Shown one piece after another: positions 40,622 to 53,744 of a stretch of 64,000 nucleotides of DNA. Position 1 is the first letter of the stretch; each line of letters begins with the position of its first letter. A program made the translations under genes and the position numbers. Origin of the DNA: Eledone cirrhosa. Its lineage: Eukaryota. The stretch covers positions 41,106,001 through 41,170,000 of the forward strand of contig OZ024756.1 in the NCBI GenBank assembly GCA_964016885.1, read 5' to 3'. The notes below the pieces were generated by a model. It had not been told where the DNA came from, did not search any database, and saw only the letters and a list, made by a program, of their open reading frames with translations.

Positions 40622-40717
40622 CTACAGGACAAAAACTGTTTCATTCAAAAGAAATCATCAGGAAGGCTTTGGCTTTCCTAATGATTTCTTTTCAATGAAA
40701 CAGTTTTAGTTCCGTAG
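40622..40717. ncRNA. Inverted pair of degenerate hammerhead-like cores
   Basis: -: CTGATGA-tttcttttgaat-GAAA-cagtttttg-TC; +: CTAATGA-tttcttttcaat-GAAA-cagttttag-TT; stem I not supported. Confidence 0.4.
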
Positions 40718-41634
40718 TAGCTAATTCCATATTAAACTTGATATATATATGTATATTATATATACATACATATATATATATATATATGTGTATAGTTATG
40801 TATATTCTAGAAACCAAATACTGATCATCTAGTGCCATAGTTAACCCCCCCCCCCTTCTTCTCCCACAAGACAAATGAGGGAGAGGATAGTTATTAACAC
40901 ATACCTGACTTTTGTCTCCTACAAAATATGTATTCCAGCAAAAGAAATATTTAAAATATGACAGATCCTGAGTCCAAAAAAGATGCCTTGCTATAATCTC
41001 CATTAAAAATATAAGAAAAACTCCTGCTTTTGTAAAGGTCATTGTAAAAAGTGATACACACACACACATATATAAGTCTGTGTAGTGTGGATATATATAT
41101 GTGCATGTATGTATACACACACACACACACACATATATATTATCAATGATGTCAATGTTGTTTCATAATAAATGTGTAGGAGTGGATATATATATGTGTG
41201 TATGTATACACACACACACAGATTATATATATATATACACATTTATATATATAAGTCTGTGTAGGAGTGGATATATATATGTTTGTATGTATACACACAT
41301 ATATATATCCACTCCTACACAGACATATATATAATCTGTGTGTGTGTGTGTATACATACACACATATATATATATATATCCACTCCTACACATTTATTAT
41401 AAGTCATATATATAAGTCTGTGTAGTGTGGATATATATATATGTGTATGTATACACACACACACGTGTGTATATATATATCCACACTACACAGACTTATA
41501 TATCATCATCATCATCATCAAAATGATGATGATGATGATATATAAGTCTGTATAGTGTGGATATATATGTATATATATGTGTGTGTGTATGTATACACAC
41601 ACACACACATATATATAAGTCTGTGTAGGAGTGG

Positions 41635-41666
<32 letters not shown>

Positions 41667-42299
41667 ACACACACACATATATATATAAGCCTGTGTAGTG
41701 TGGATATATATATATATATATATGTGTGTGTATATGTATACACACACATATATATATAAGCCTGTGTAGTGTGGATGTGTTGGTGCTGATGTTGCTGGAT
41801 GAAGTTAATCTCAAAATGCAAAAAAATAATAATAATAATGATAAAAATTAAAAAAACGCCAGATTTTTCTTCCTTTTTTTTTTTTTGGCTGAAGAAAAAC
41901 ATCAGTGTCTTGTGTCAACTGATAAAAGTACAGATGTAATTAACTAATTACTGAATTAACAAATTAATTAATTAGAAAAGAAAGGAAGAAACAGATTTGT
42001 TTGTCTGTTTCTTAGCCTTTTTTTGTTGTTGGTTTTTCTTTTTTACTTCTTTTGTGCAAAGAATTCAACAAAAATAACTAAAAAATCAGAACGGCCATAT
42101 TAAACATATTGGTTAGACTAGTTACTAAACTATTAAAGTAAATGTATTGGTTAGACTAGTTACTAAACTATTAAAGTTATTGGTTACACTAGTTACTAAC
42201 CTTTTTAGTATAAGGAAGTACAAAATATGATTGGATCAAATCAGCAGGCAACACAAGTTAATAAAAAAAGTACCAATTCTTTGTTTTTTTTTCTGTATT

Positions 42300-42333
<34 letters not shown>

Positions 42334-42969
42334 AAGTAGTAATACTATTTAAAAAAAAAAAACACCAACAAAAAAGTGTTGGAAAAAGAAAAATATATTG
42401 AGAGAAAGAAGAAAAATATTTATATAGTTATGAACTAATAAATATACATACAACACACATATACATACACACACACACATACATACACACACAGAAAAAA
42501 GATATTTATCTACATTAAAATGTTAAAAAAATAAAATATTTTTAAAAAATTAATTCTAAAATTACATCATGAAATACAAGGGAGAGGGGGGGGGGGGGGT
42601 AGAACAAAAGCAAAAAATTGCTAAAATAGTAAAAAAAAAATTAATTTGTTTCTTCCTTTCGCGTTTTTTAAAAAGAATTTAAAAAAAATGTTTTTTATTT
42701 ATTATTTCAGTTTCCATTTCTGTTTTTTAAGACAATTTTTTATTTCATTATCAAAAGATAATTTATTGATTTTTAAGGTTTTTTTGGTAGACATTGGGAC
42801 AAGGGAGGAGGCTGTGTATGGATGTGTGCGTGTGTTTAGTTGAACATGTGTATGTGTATTTAGTTGAACATGAGTGTGTGTTTGCATGTATATTTACTTG
42901 AAAGTGTGTGTGTGTGTATACTTAATATATTTCATAGAATTACTTCTGAATGGAAACTGAAGATTTTAC

Positions 42970-43030
42970 ATGTATATATATATATAATATATATATATGA
43001 TATATATATATATATATATATATATAATAG

Positions 43031-43075
<45 letters not shown>

Positions 43076-43151
43076 TATATATAATATATATATATATAAT
43101 ATATATATATATAATATATATATATATAATATATATATATATAATATATAT

Positions 43152-43183
<32 letters not shown>

Positions 43184-43187
43184 ATAT

Positions 43188-43219
<32 letters not shown>

Positions 43220-43431
43220 ATATATATATATATAATATATATATATGATATATATATATATGATATATATATATAATATATATATATATGATATATATAT
43301 ATAATATATATATATAATATATATATATATGATATATATATATATATATATAATAGATATATATATAATAGATATATATATAATAGATATATATATAATA
43401 TATATATATATAATATATATATATATAATAT

Positions 43432-43507
<76 letters not shown>

Positions 43508-43920
43508 GATATATATATATATATAATAGATATATATATATATATAATAGATATATATATATATATATATAATAGATATATATATATATATAATAGATAT
43601 ATATATATATATATAATAGATATATATATATATATATAATAGATATATATATATATATATATATAATAGATATATATATATATAATAGATATATATATAT
43701 ATAATAGATATATATATATATATATATATAATAGATATATATATATATATAATAGATATATATCCATATATATAATAGATATATATCCATATATATAATA
43801 GATATATCTCTCTATATATATATAGTAGATATATCTATATATATATATATAGTAGATATATATATATATATAGTAGATATATATATATATATAGTAGAGA
43901 TATATATATATATTATATAT
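42970..43920. repeat. (TA)n array with taatagata interruptions
   Basis: Direct reading. Confidence 0.95.
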
Positions 43921-44814
43921 ACACTGCAGCAGTATTTTTTTTTAGGGGGGAGAGAAAAAAAAAATGACAGACAAAAAAGTGGGGTTAGGGTCAGGGGTGA
44001 AAATATTATACGAGCGAAGTGTGAAATAAATTTCTCAATTAATTAATAGTCGGTTTCTCAATTAGACCAAAATATAAAGATATTGTTTATGTTACAGGTG
44101 AGATTGTTTATTTTGCTTTTAATAAAAGATGACAATAAAAAAGAAGATGAAGACGAATCCGTTTTGAAGTATATCTTTGAAAATTAATTTTGGTTTTGTT
44201 TGTATATGTTTCTCCATTCCATTTTATCTTCAGGTCAGAAAACGAATATTTTTTCCCATATTATTATCATTATCATTACTTTTAAAAATGCATTTTCATA
44301 AACAGGAGGAGAAAATAAACTTTCTTTTCTTTGTTTCATTTTGTTTCGTTTTTTTCTTTTTTAAAATTCAATTTTATTTTAATATTCAGTTTTTTCTGCC
44401 TCTCGAGTTCTTGTGTGAACCTCTCTTATATTAAATGATTCGATCATTTGGATGGGGTGTGGGTCTCGAGTAAATTGGCTGGGTGGTTAGGGAAAGGAGC
44501 GTTTGGAGAGAGAGAAGGAGAGGTATCTCGGATGATGAAAATATAAACATCAGCAGCAACTCTGATAAATTCCGAATTAGGTAAATAATAATAATAATAA
44601 TAAAAATGTTTTGTGTTTTTTACTGGTTCCAGCCAGTGGTTGGGTGGGAAGGAACGAGCGAGGGAAGCTGCCAGCTCCCAGTTTTGCTTCCCCTCTAATT
44701 TTCCATAATTCTTATTTACATTTTTATCGGTTTTCCCCAACACACACCCACCCCATAAATACGAAATTTAATTTTTTTTTTAATTAATCAAAAGAATTAA
44801 TTATAGTTTCTAAT

Positions 44815-45410
44815 CCTGGCACAAGGCCAGCATTTTGTGGGAGGCAGAAGTAGTTTATATCGCCCCCCCCCCCCCCCCCCCCCCCCCCAGTATTTAACTG
44901 GTACTTTATTTCCCAGTCAAGTAGTGGGGTTGATATAATCCACTTTGCTCCCCTTAACCCAACCCATTTCTAAAACAGACAAGGCCAGAAAATGAGGGAG
45001 GGGGGGAAACAGCTGACTATATTGACACCCCAGTATTTCACAGGTACCTTAGTTTATCGCTCCCCCTGCCCCCTCCCTCAGAAGGATGAAAGGCAAAGTT
45101 CACCTCGGTGGGATTTGAACTCACAATGCAAAGAGCCAGAACAAAACAGCAAGGCATTTTAGTAGATGCTCTACCGATTCTGCCAATCTAATAATATTTG
45201 TTACTACTTTAGGCACAAGGCCAGCAATTTTGGGGGAGGGGAAAGTCGATTAAATATCGACCCCAGTGCATTACTGGTGCTTTATTTTATCGACCCCGTA
45301 AGGATGAAAGGCAAAGCTCACCTCGGCCGGATTTGAACTCAGAACGTAAAGGGCCGCAACTCTATGCTGTAAAGCATGTTGTCCGACGCTCTACCAATTA
45401 CTGCCAATCC
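44815..45410 (-). mobile_element. Tandem family-A SINE copies downstream of the zinc-finger gene stop
   Basis: Two reverse-complement copies (ggatgaaaggcaaagttcacctcgg...ggatttgaactc...ctgccaatc) plus a partial 3' end. Confidence 0.75.
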
Positions 45411-45469
45411 TAATAATAATGGTTGATGAAAAAAAAAAAAAAAACCTTTTTTCTTTAAAAGAATTCCGT

Positions 45470-48049
45470 CTAAACTTTAGGATCTGAATGTTGATGAGGT
45501 TGATGATGATGATGATGGAAATGCACATGTTGGTGATGATGATGACCGTGAGGATGGTGATGCTGATGTTGCTGCTGCTGCTGCTGGTTGTGATGCTGGT
45601 GATGGTGGTCAGTATGGTTCTCTGCAGCGGCACCACCAACCTTTACCATTTCTTGAGACAGGGCTTGTGGTGTTGATGATATTGTGGTTGTTGTCACACG
45701 AGATGAGATGTCCTGGTGTTGGTGGAGGTGGTGATGGTGTTGGTGCTGTTGTTGTTGTTGTTGTTGTTGTTGTTGCAGTTGTGGCTGTTGTTGTTGTTGC
45801 AGTTGTGGCTGCTGTTTTTGCTTTTGTTGTTGTTGCTGTGGTTGCTGCTGTAATTGGTGTTTTTGCTGCTGTGGTAGCAGTTGTTGTTGTTGCTGCTGCT
45901 GCTGTGGTAGTTGTTTTTGTTGTTGTTGCTGCTGCTGCTGCTGTGGTAGTTGTTGTTGTTGTTGCTGTGGTAGCAGTTGTTGTTGTTGCTGTGGTAGCAG
46001 TTGTTGTTGCTGCTGTGGTAGTTGTTGTTGTTGTTGCTGCTGTGGTAGCAGTTGTTGCTGCTGTGGTAGTTGTTTTTGTTGTTGTTGCTGCTGCTGCTGT
46101 GGTAGCAGTTGTTGTTGCTGCTGCTGCTGTGGTAGTTGTTTTTGTTGTTGCTGCTGCTGCTGGTGTGGTAGCAGTTGTTGTTGCTGCTGTGGTAGTTGTT
46201 TTTGTTGTGGCTGCAGTTGTTGTTGATGATGATGGTGTTGCTGTTGTTGTTGCAGCTGAGGTTTGTGTTGATGTTGGTGTTGTTGCTGTTGTATGGGGAA
46301 CATCTGATGTTTGTGCTGCTGTTGCTGCAGAGGCTGCTGTTGCACAGGATGATGGTGATGATGATAGTGCTGCTGTGGTACATGAACTGTTGGTGTTGGG
46401 ATCAAAGTGGGGGTCTCACTCAACGAGCTGCTGTCCTCACCTTCAGCTTTATGGGTCTTGACATGCTGGGTCAGTGCATCGGGGCTGTCAAATTCTTGAC
46501 CACAATAGCTGCACTTGCAGTCATTGTCGCTCTGATGAGTACGAACATGGTCAGTGAGATGGCTACTACGAGCAAAGGCCTTGCCGCAGTAAACACATTT
46601 GTACGGTTTCTCGCCAGTGTGCGTACGTACGTGCACAGTGAGGTCGCACGCATGCAGAAACGTCTTGCCGCAGTAGTCACACTTGTGCACTTTATCAGTG
46701 GTGTGAGACTTAATGTGTGCAGTGAGATGCGAATTGACGATGAACGTTTTGCTGCAGAAGCAACATTTATAAGGCTTGTCGCCTGTGTGCATCCTTATAT
46801 GTATTGTCAAATTACTGTTCACTGCAAACGTTTTGCCACAGTACTCACATTTATAGGGCTTATCCCCGCTATGGGTTCGTTTGTGTTGGGTAAGGTTGCT
46901 ACGTCGGGTGAAAGATTTCGTGCAAATATCACACGGGAAGCTCTTCTTCTCGCTAGTTGTCGTAGTTACAACCGGACTGCTAATTTGGCCGACCATATTA
47001 CCGGTACCATCGTCTTTACTGCCGTCTGCGTGATTGTTCAGACGGGAGTTGCTGTTCTCCGACATGTCGGTTGTTTTCACCTGTACAGCTTCAGGGTGTG
47101 TAGACTTCATATGTGAGTCGAGCTCCCCTGTAGTAACAAACTTTCTGGGGCACTTTTGACATTCAAAGCATCGGCCTTTATTGTGGCCGTCCATGTGTGA
47201 AATGAGAAGGTTGCGTTTGGTAAACTCTACATTACAAATATCACATTTATAAGGTTTGTCATTGGCGTGAGTTTCCATATGAGCATTGTAGTTGTTTTCC
47301 AAGGCGTATAGTTTCCCGCAAGTCTCGCATTTAAACGGCTTTCTGCCAATGTGTGTGCGCATGTGGTCGCTGAGGTTGCTGTTTCTGGTGAATGCCTTGC
47401 CACAGAAGTCACACTTAAATCTTTTCTCAACAGTGTGGGACTTGACGTGACTGGCCAGGGCTGAACTATCACTGAACGTCTTACCACACTGTTGACACAA
47501 ATAAGGCTTACCACCTGAATGAACTCGCATATGCAGCGCGAGGTCATCGGTACTTGCAAAACTCATGTTGCAGTACTCACAAGCTCGAGCTGCTTTATGA
47601 TTATGGCTGTGACCTGTTACATGGTTAGCACCAGAGACGAGGCCTTTGTCCTTTTGATCTAACAAAGAATCATCGTTCTCCTGATACTGATAATCATGCT
47701 TTCCGTTTGGAATGCTGAACTCATCGTAGACATAATCAGACTGATCTCCATGCTCATAGAGACTCTCTCGTCTTGCCATTTCATATAAAGACGATATTTC
47801 ATTCTGTGGTAAATAATAGTGGGTTTGCTGATATAAAAAAGAATCGGATACGTGGCCATTATGGGTAGCTGTTTGGTAAGTTGAAAAATCTCCATTACCC
47901 CCAAAAGGCATCAGGGAATCTTCATCGTCTTGATCTATACACTCACTGGAAGGGGGTTCTTCTATGAGCACATGTACAGGGAAATTGTACTTCAAGTCCT
48001 GACCACCACTGTCAACAATGACAGCAGAAGCAGTATCGAATTCAGACAT
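45470..48049 (-). CDS. C2H2 zinc-finger transcription factor, 859 aa, 12 fingers (6+6) and a ~300-aa Gln/His-rich C-terminus
   Basis: Uninterrupted ORF with CxxC-x12-HxxxH fingers and TGEKPY-type linkers. In-frame stop upstream of the ATG; minus-strand acceptor (ttttcttttctttttaattacag|) opens the exon at 48158. Confidence 0.93.
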   Translation of the reverse strand: MSEFDTASAVIVDSGGQDLKYNFPVHVLIEEPPSSECIDQDDEDSLMPFGGNGDFSTYQTATHNGHVSDSFLYQQTHYYLPQNEISSLYEMARRESLYEHGDQSDYVYDEFSIPNGKHDYQYQENDDSLLDQKDKGLVSGANHVTGHSHNHKAARACEYCNMSFASTDDLALHMRVHSGGKPYLCQQCGKTFSDSSALASHVKSHTVEKRFKCDFCGKAFTRNSNLSDHMRTHIGRKPFKCETCGKLYALENNYNAHMETHANDKPYKCDICNVEFTKRNLLISHMDGHNKGRCFECQKCPRKFVTTGELDSHMKSTHPEAVQVKTTDMSENSNSRLNNHADGSKDDGTGNMVGQISSPVVTTTTSEKKSFPCDICTKSFTRRSNLTQHKRTHSGDKPYKCEYCGKTFAVNSNLTIHIRMHTGDKPYKCCFCSKTFIVNSHLTAHIKSHTTDKVHKCDYCGKTFLHACDLTVHVRTHTGEKPYKCVYCGKAFARSSHLTDHVRTHQSDNDCKCSYCGQEFDSPDALTQHVKTHKAEGEDSSSLSETPTLIPTPTVHVPQQHYHHHHHPVQQQPLQQQQHKHQMFPIQQQQHQHQHKPQLQQQQQHHHHQQQLQPQQKQLPQQQQQLLPHQQQQQQQKQLPQQQQQQQLLPQQQQQQQQKQLPQQQQLLPQQQQQQQLPQQQQQLLPQQQQQLLPQQQQQQLPQQQQQQQQQKQLPQQQQQQQQLLPQQQKHQLQQQPQQQQQKQKQQPQLQQQQQPQLQQQQQQQQQQHQHHHHLHQHQDISSRVTTTTISSTPQALSQEMVKVGGAAAENHTDHHHQHHNQQQQQQHQHHHPHGHHHHQHVHFHHHHHQPHQHSDPKV

Positions 48050-50789
48050 GATTTTAGAGGAAAGGAATGGTGACCCTGAAGGCTTGAAAATGTTGAAATA
48101 TTAGATTAGTTAACTGCTTCTTCTGTCAGATTCAAATACTTTGGTGTTTAATGGCAGCCTGTAATTAAAAAGAAAAGAAAAGAGGTCAAATATAATAAAC
48201 AAATAATTACTTAATTCACAGATTTTAAACAATTTAAATCTAAAAACAAAATGTTAAAATATAAAGAACACAAACATTACACAAAAAACAGCCACATCAA
48301 TAACTTCATTGCCCCCTGCCCTCCTCTCAATATTGTATTAAGAGATATAGATGAAAAATTGACCCAGTACAGGACTGGTACTCTTGCTAATAGACGTTAA
48401 ATGATGATGATAGCAAGGAGAAATGGTTGTTCAAATCTTACTTTTACCCATCATCATCATGACTTCATGAAAACTTGCAAGGAGTACCATAAAAAATAAA
48501 TAACAGCAGTCAAAAGTAAGAAAAATCTTTATATTTGGCAAATTGTCAACATTTCTAGGTTATACATGGTCAATATGTTACATATAATCAGCAAAAACAA
48601 GACCTGCCTTTTCCATACACATACAGATAAGTTGATGACACAATGTACTAGTAAGGTACTGGTGTTGATTTAATCAACTTTGCCCTTCCCTACAAAAAAA
48701 TCTCCAGTTTGTGTGCCTAATTATAAATTAGTATAAAGACATATCAAGTGACCTGTCTCGATCAGATAAACATGAAATCACACAGAAACTACCATCCTTA
48801 CGAGGTCGATAAAATAAAGCACCAGTAACGTACTGGGGTAATTGCTGGCCTTGTGCCTAAAGTAGAAACAATTATTACCTCAATACGTAATTTAACCCCT
48901 AAATATAAACTATTACCTGCCCAGGTTAACTTTGTGTTTCATCTTTACGGGGTCGATAAAATAAAGTACCAGTAATGTACTGGGGTAATTGTTGGTCTTG
49001 TGTCAAAAGTAGAAACAATTATTACCTCAATACACCAAACCCTTCTCTGCTGTCTAGTTGATACATAGTAGGATGAAAGGCAAAGTTGGTCTCAGCAGAA
49101 TGCTAAGCACTACAAGTAATTTTGACCAACAGTGACTATTTACAGCTAAAGATGGTTATCTAGAAGCAATATCTGATATTATGAAGCTATAAAACAATCT
49201 AAATAACTATAGTATAATAGTTAAAACTAAATAGTTCTATTAACATTTCTATATAACATCACTTGTATAAATTTCAATAAATAAATATAGTATAAATAAA
49301 CATGTATTAAAAAGTAAAGAAAAAGACAAACTAGAAACTACCAAATATGTATGGTTTGGAGTGGTGCCAAAACAACTCTAGTCAAACAGATCAAATGGTG
49401 GTAATGATATACACATAATGATGGTGAAGTGAAAGTACTAATTTATATATGTTTAGCAATACACAAGACAAGGTTACTCTTGTGCATTTAGACATCCTTC
49501 AAGGTCACAATAAACAGTCTTTCCAAAAACTACTGCTATTTTCTACTTAAGATTTGGGGTTTAATTTCCAGATGTTAAAGTTGAAATGAAGCTCCTTTAC
49601 AGGTGTAAGAATCCATCGTTATCTTCACCATCACAACTGTCAGGTAGATGTGGTGGTGGTGGTAGTATTATCATGTCAATAAAAAACACCCAGTCCATCC
49701 TGTCAAGTGGTAGTACCATTATGTAACAATAAAAAGCACCCAGTCCACTCTGTCAAGCAGTAGTGGTGGTGCCATAATGATGATGATGATCATCATTTAA
49801 TGTCCACTTTCCACGCTAGCATCGGTTAGATGGGTTGTCACAATATAAAGCACCCAGTCCACCCCGTCAAGTAGTGGCAGTGCTACAGTAAAAGCCATAT
49901 GGTACACATCCTGGTGTGGTTGGCATTAGGAAGGGTATCTAGTTGCAGAAACCTTGCCTGACAAATGGTATGAGCAAGATGTAATGATTTGGCCTGTCTG
50001 GACTTTTAAGATGACAAACCCATCTAACCCATACAAGTAGAGAATATAGACATAAGACAATGATGCTGATGGTGACAATGACAATGATGATAATGGTCGG
50101 TGATGATGATAGTGGTGTCAGTGATGATAACAATGACAACGATAATAGTGATGACAATGATAATGATGATGATGACAATTATTTCTACTTTTGGCACAAG
50201 GCCAGCAATTACCCAGTGAATTACTGGTACTTTATTTTATTGACCCCATAAGGATGAAAGGCAAAGTTAACCTCAGCAGGATTTGAATAATGACAATGAT
50301 GATTCATAAGTACTGTAATACTGTAACACAATTTCTGTTGGTTTTATTTTGACTTGCAACAGTGATCATTTTACTATATTTATTTATTGAAATTTAAAGT
50401 ACAAAATCCCCTCCCACCACCACCACCAATTATATAAACAAAGAATAAATCGAATTTATTTTATTTTATTTGATGTGGCTAGTATCCTAACATGATTGTG
50501 TAGTGTAGAGTAAGGTGTAAAATGTGAAGCTGGATTGGAGTGCATATCCTGTTGAGTGAATGACTCAGGCCTGATATATAAAGAAGAAATATCAATAGCT
50601 GATACAGTTCCTTTGTTCTCAGACAAAACACCAAACATTATAGCAATGAAAACTGCAAGTACAGATACACACACTTTACCTACCCAGAGTTATATATATA
50701 TGGGTGATGTGTTCTTTCCTTGAGCAAGACACTTTATTTCACATTGCTTCAGTTTACTCAGCTGTAGAAATGAGATGATAGGACTGGGG

Positions 50790-51058
50790 TCCCTATCATT
50801 CCACTGCAAAGTGGTCGTGGAGGTGCCACGGCAAAAAAGCACCCAGCCCACACTGTAAAGTGGACGTGTAGGCGCCACGGAAAAAAAGCACCCAGCACTC
50901 ACTGTAAATGAGGTTGGTGTTAGGAAGGGCATCCAGCTGTAGAAATCAAGCCAGAATCAGTTCCCGTATGAGCAAGGCATGGACACTGCCCACAACAGGA
51001 CAACTCGTCTAACCCATGCTAGCATGGAAGAACGGACGTAAAACGGTGATGATGATGA
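50790..51058 (+). mobile_element. SINE-like repeat, family C, with RTE-type tail
   Basis: gttggtgttaggaagggcatccagctgtagaaa...ccatgctagcatggaagaacggacgtaaaacggtgatgatgatg; many partial copies in the window. Confidence 0.75.
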
Positions 51059-51335
51059 TATATATATATATATAAAGGATAACAAAATATCGTTATAGGT
51101 AATCCAGTTAGAGGTTGTGAATACTCTGTTTGTATTATAACTTATTTATTAACATTTATTCATTTATTATTATTATCTTTATTAGAGTTCTGAGTTCAAA
51201 TCTCGCCGAGGTTAACTTTGCCTTTCATCCTTACGGGGTCGATAAAATAGAGTACCAGTAATACACTGGTTAATTGCTGGCCTTGTGCCAAAAGTAGAAA
51301 CAATTATTATTATCTTTATTATTTTTTTCTCTTTC

Positions 51336-51600
51336 ATCATCATCATCATCATCACCGTTTTACGTCCGTTCTTCCACGCTAGCATGGGTTAGACGGGTTG
51401 TCCTGTTGTGGGCAGTGTCTGGTCGGCTGACCATGCCTTGCTCATACAAGAACTGATTTGGCTTGATTTCTACAGCTGGATGCCCTTCCTAACACCAACC
51501 TCATTTACAGTGAGTGCTGGGTGCTTTTTCGTGGCGCCTACACGTCCACTTTACAGTGTGGGCTGGGTGCTTTTTTGCCGTGGCACCTCCACGACCACCT
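51336..51600 (-). mobile_element. Inverted family-C copy
   Basis: Near-identical reverse complement of 50803-51058. Confidence 0.75.
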
Positions 51601-52789
51601 TGCGGTGGGGGGGCATATTGTTTATATGCTTCAGCTTGTACCCATGGGAGGTCGGGTACTCTGTATTACTGCGTGACGCCAGAAGTCACGGTCATGTGTC
51701 ATTGCCTTTGAGAGGTGTAATTGGGTAAGGTCGGCTTTTATTGCCTTTGAGAGGTGTAATTGGGTAAGGTCGGCTTAAGGTCTTTCTTTATCTTTATCTC
51801 TTTCTTTTTCTTTTTTCTCTATACCTTTTTCTTTTTTTTCTCTCTTTCTTTATTAATGATGTTGTAATTTGAATTCATAAATGCTGAGTATATTTTTAAC
51901 AGTCCTTTCTGATGATCTGGTTAAGCTAACATCGTATTTAAAACTGAGTGACACAACTTCAAGTGTTCAGCAATTGTTAGACAACTTAATCAGTGAAACA
52001 ATTGTTAAGACTAAATAAAACCCCTTTTTTGTACTGTTGACCATGTTATTCTTCACTCTTCCAATATATATATACGAAGTGAAACATGGTCATCAGACCA
52101 GTCTTGCCTCAAGTGGGACAAACCTGTCTAATCCATGCTAGCATGGAAGATGGACATTAAACGATGATGATGATATACATACACATATTACCTACCCAGA
52201 GTTATATACACACACACGTTACCTACCCAGAGTTACATATATGTATAATATATATATACACATGTAGACAGGTGAAATGTGTGTGTGTATACACACACAC
52301 TTCACATACCCAAATGATATAAAACCATTATATTTTATGGAAAAATCTATCATAATTTTATATAAGAACCTTTGTTATGTTCCAAATACCTGCTTGATTA
52401 TTTTCAAAATTATTTGAAATTAATAGAGATTATCTTTCATAAGAAAGTATGGTAATGAAATGGTTAAAAAATATTACTTTTAATTACAGATGTAGAAAAC
52501 ATTCTGGATGAAAAGAACAAAGTTGCTCTATGTTTGTACACTATTCTACATACTATATATGCACCTTTGATGAGTTGTAGTGCACCTGAGCTCTGTACAA
52601 TAATTCTCATTATTATAATACATTCTGCCGAATATACACACACAAAAATGCTTGGATAGGTTTTTTTTTACATTGACATAAAATGAAACCCTAATAATTT
52701 ACAAAAGAGTTTGTTGCTATTTAGACTCACACTTTGTAGGTTTAGCCAGCTTCCTATAAAGTTACATCGGGGTTTCCAAGATTTTAAAA

Positions 52790-52981
52790 TCCTTTAGCAT
52801 TTAAACTGGCTGTATCTGGCCAGAATTCTCTCACCTCTTTCTGTTCACACCGGTCGTAACTGACCTCTCATACTGATGTTAATGTATTGGTCTCAAAATA
52901 AATAATATCAAAATCACATAGATTCAATATTATGTGAGATAAAGCCTTCACTGCGAAAATACAATAGTAAATGCTAAAGGG
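52790..52981. mobile_element. piggyBac-like MITE
   Basis: 13-bp TIR cctttagcattta / taaatgctaaagg; TTAA target duplication is degenerate. Confidence 0.5.
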
Positions 52982-53518
52982 TCTCAATTGCCATATCACC
53001 ATTTTTCCAGTCACTGAATTTGAACTTAGAAGACACAGACAGAAGGAACAACTGCTGAAAGACATCCTATTTGACATTCTAACAATTCTACCAAACCAGT
53101 GACCCCTAAACTGCTACTTTATTGATCCTGAAAGAACAATAAACAATGTCAACCTTGGTGGGATATGAACTCAGATCACAGTTAACAAATATGACAATTT
53201 AATCTGTCACTTGTAACATCTCAGCCAATTTGAAAGTTAGAAGTAACAATGTTGTTTGACTATGAAAGATAGTCTAAGTTTTGCATATGAAAGGTGAAGA
53301 CAGTACAGCTCATATCATCATCATTTTTATGTTGACATTCACATGCAAGTATGGCTTGGATCAGACTTTTTGAGGCTATACATATATATATATATATATA
53401 ACCAAAGATTAGTATGGTTTGTTGATTACTCAATGAATACAATTTTACAATAGATTAGACTGCCAATACTGGAATTGAATAATCAAAACCGTAGCAGTAT
53501 GTCGCATATCAAATCTCA

Positions 53519-53581
53519 TATTTTGTCTGATGAAAACGTACTTAAACACCATTGTACCTTTGAAATATGTATAATAGAATA
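53519..53581 (+). ncRNA. Type-I hammerhead ribozyme-like motif related to the 28-kb pair
   Basis: tattttgt-CTGATGA-aaacgtac(ttaaacaccatt)gtaccttt-GAAA-tatgta-TA-atagaata; stems differ in sequence from 28289-28353 but still pair. Confidence 0.72.
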
Positions 53582-53744
53582 TATATTTTGATTATGAGAA
53601 TATTTCACATTTGTTAACATTTTGAATAATATATATATATATGAATATAAATGGTGAGAAAACTATGGAAGACACTAATTTAGACTATATGACACTGTAT
53701 ATTGTGAAAGAAAACTATGGAAAAATAAAATATGAAAGAAGTGT

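Noticed and set aside
45667-47116. Plus-strand ORFs of 264 and 306 aa
   Set aside because: Antisense shadows of the polyQ and zinc-finger CDS.
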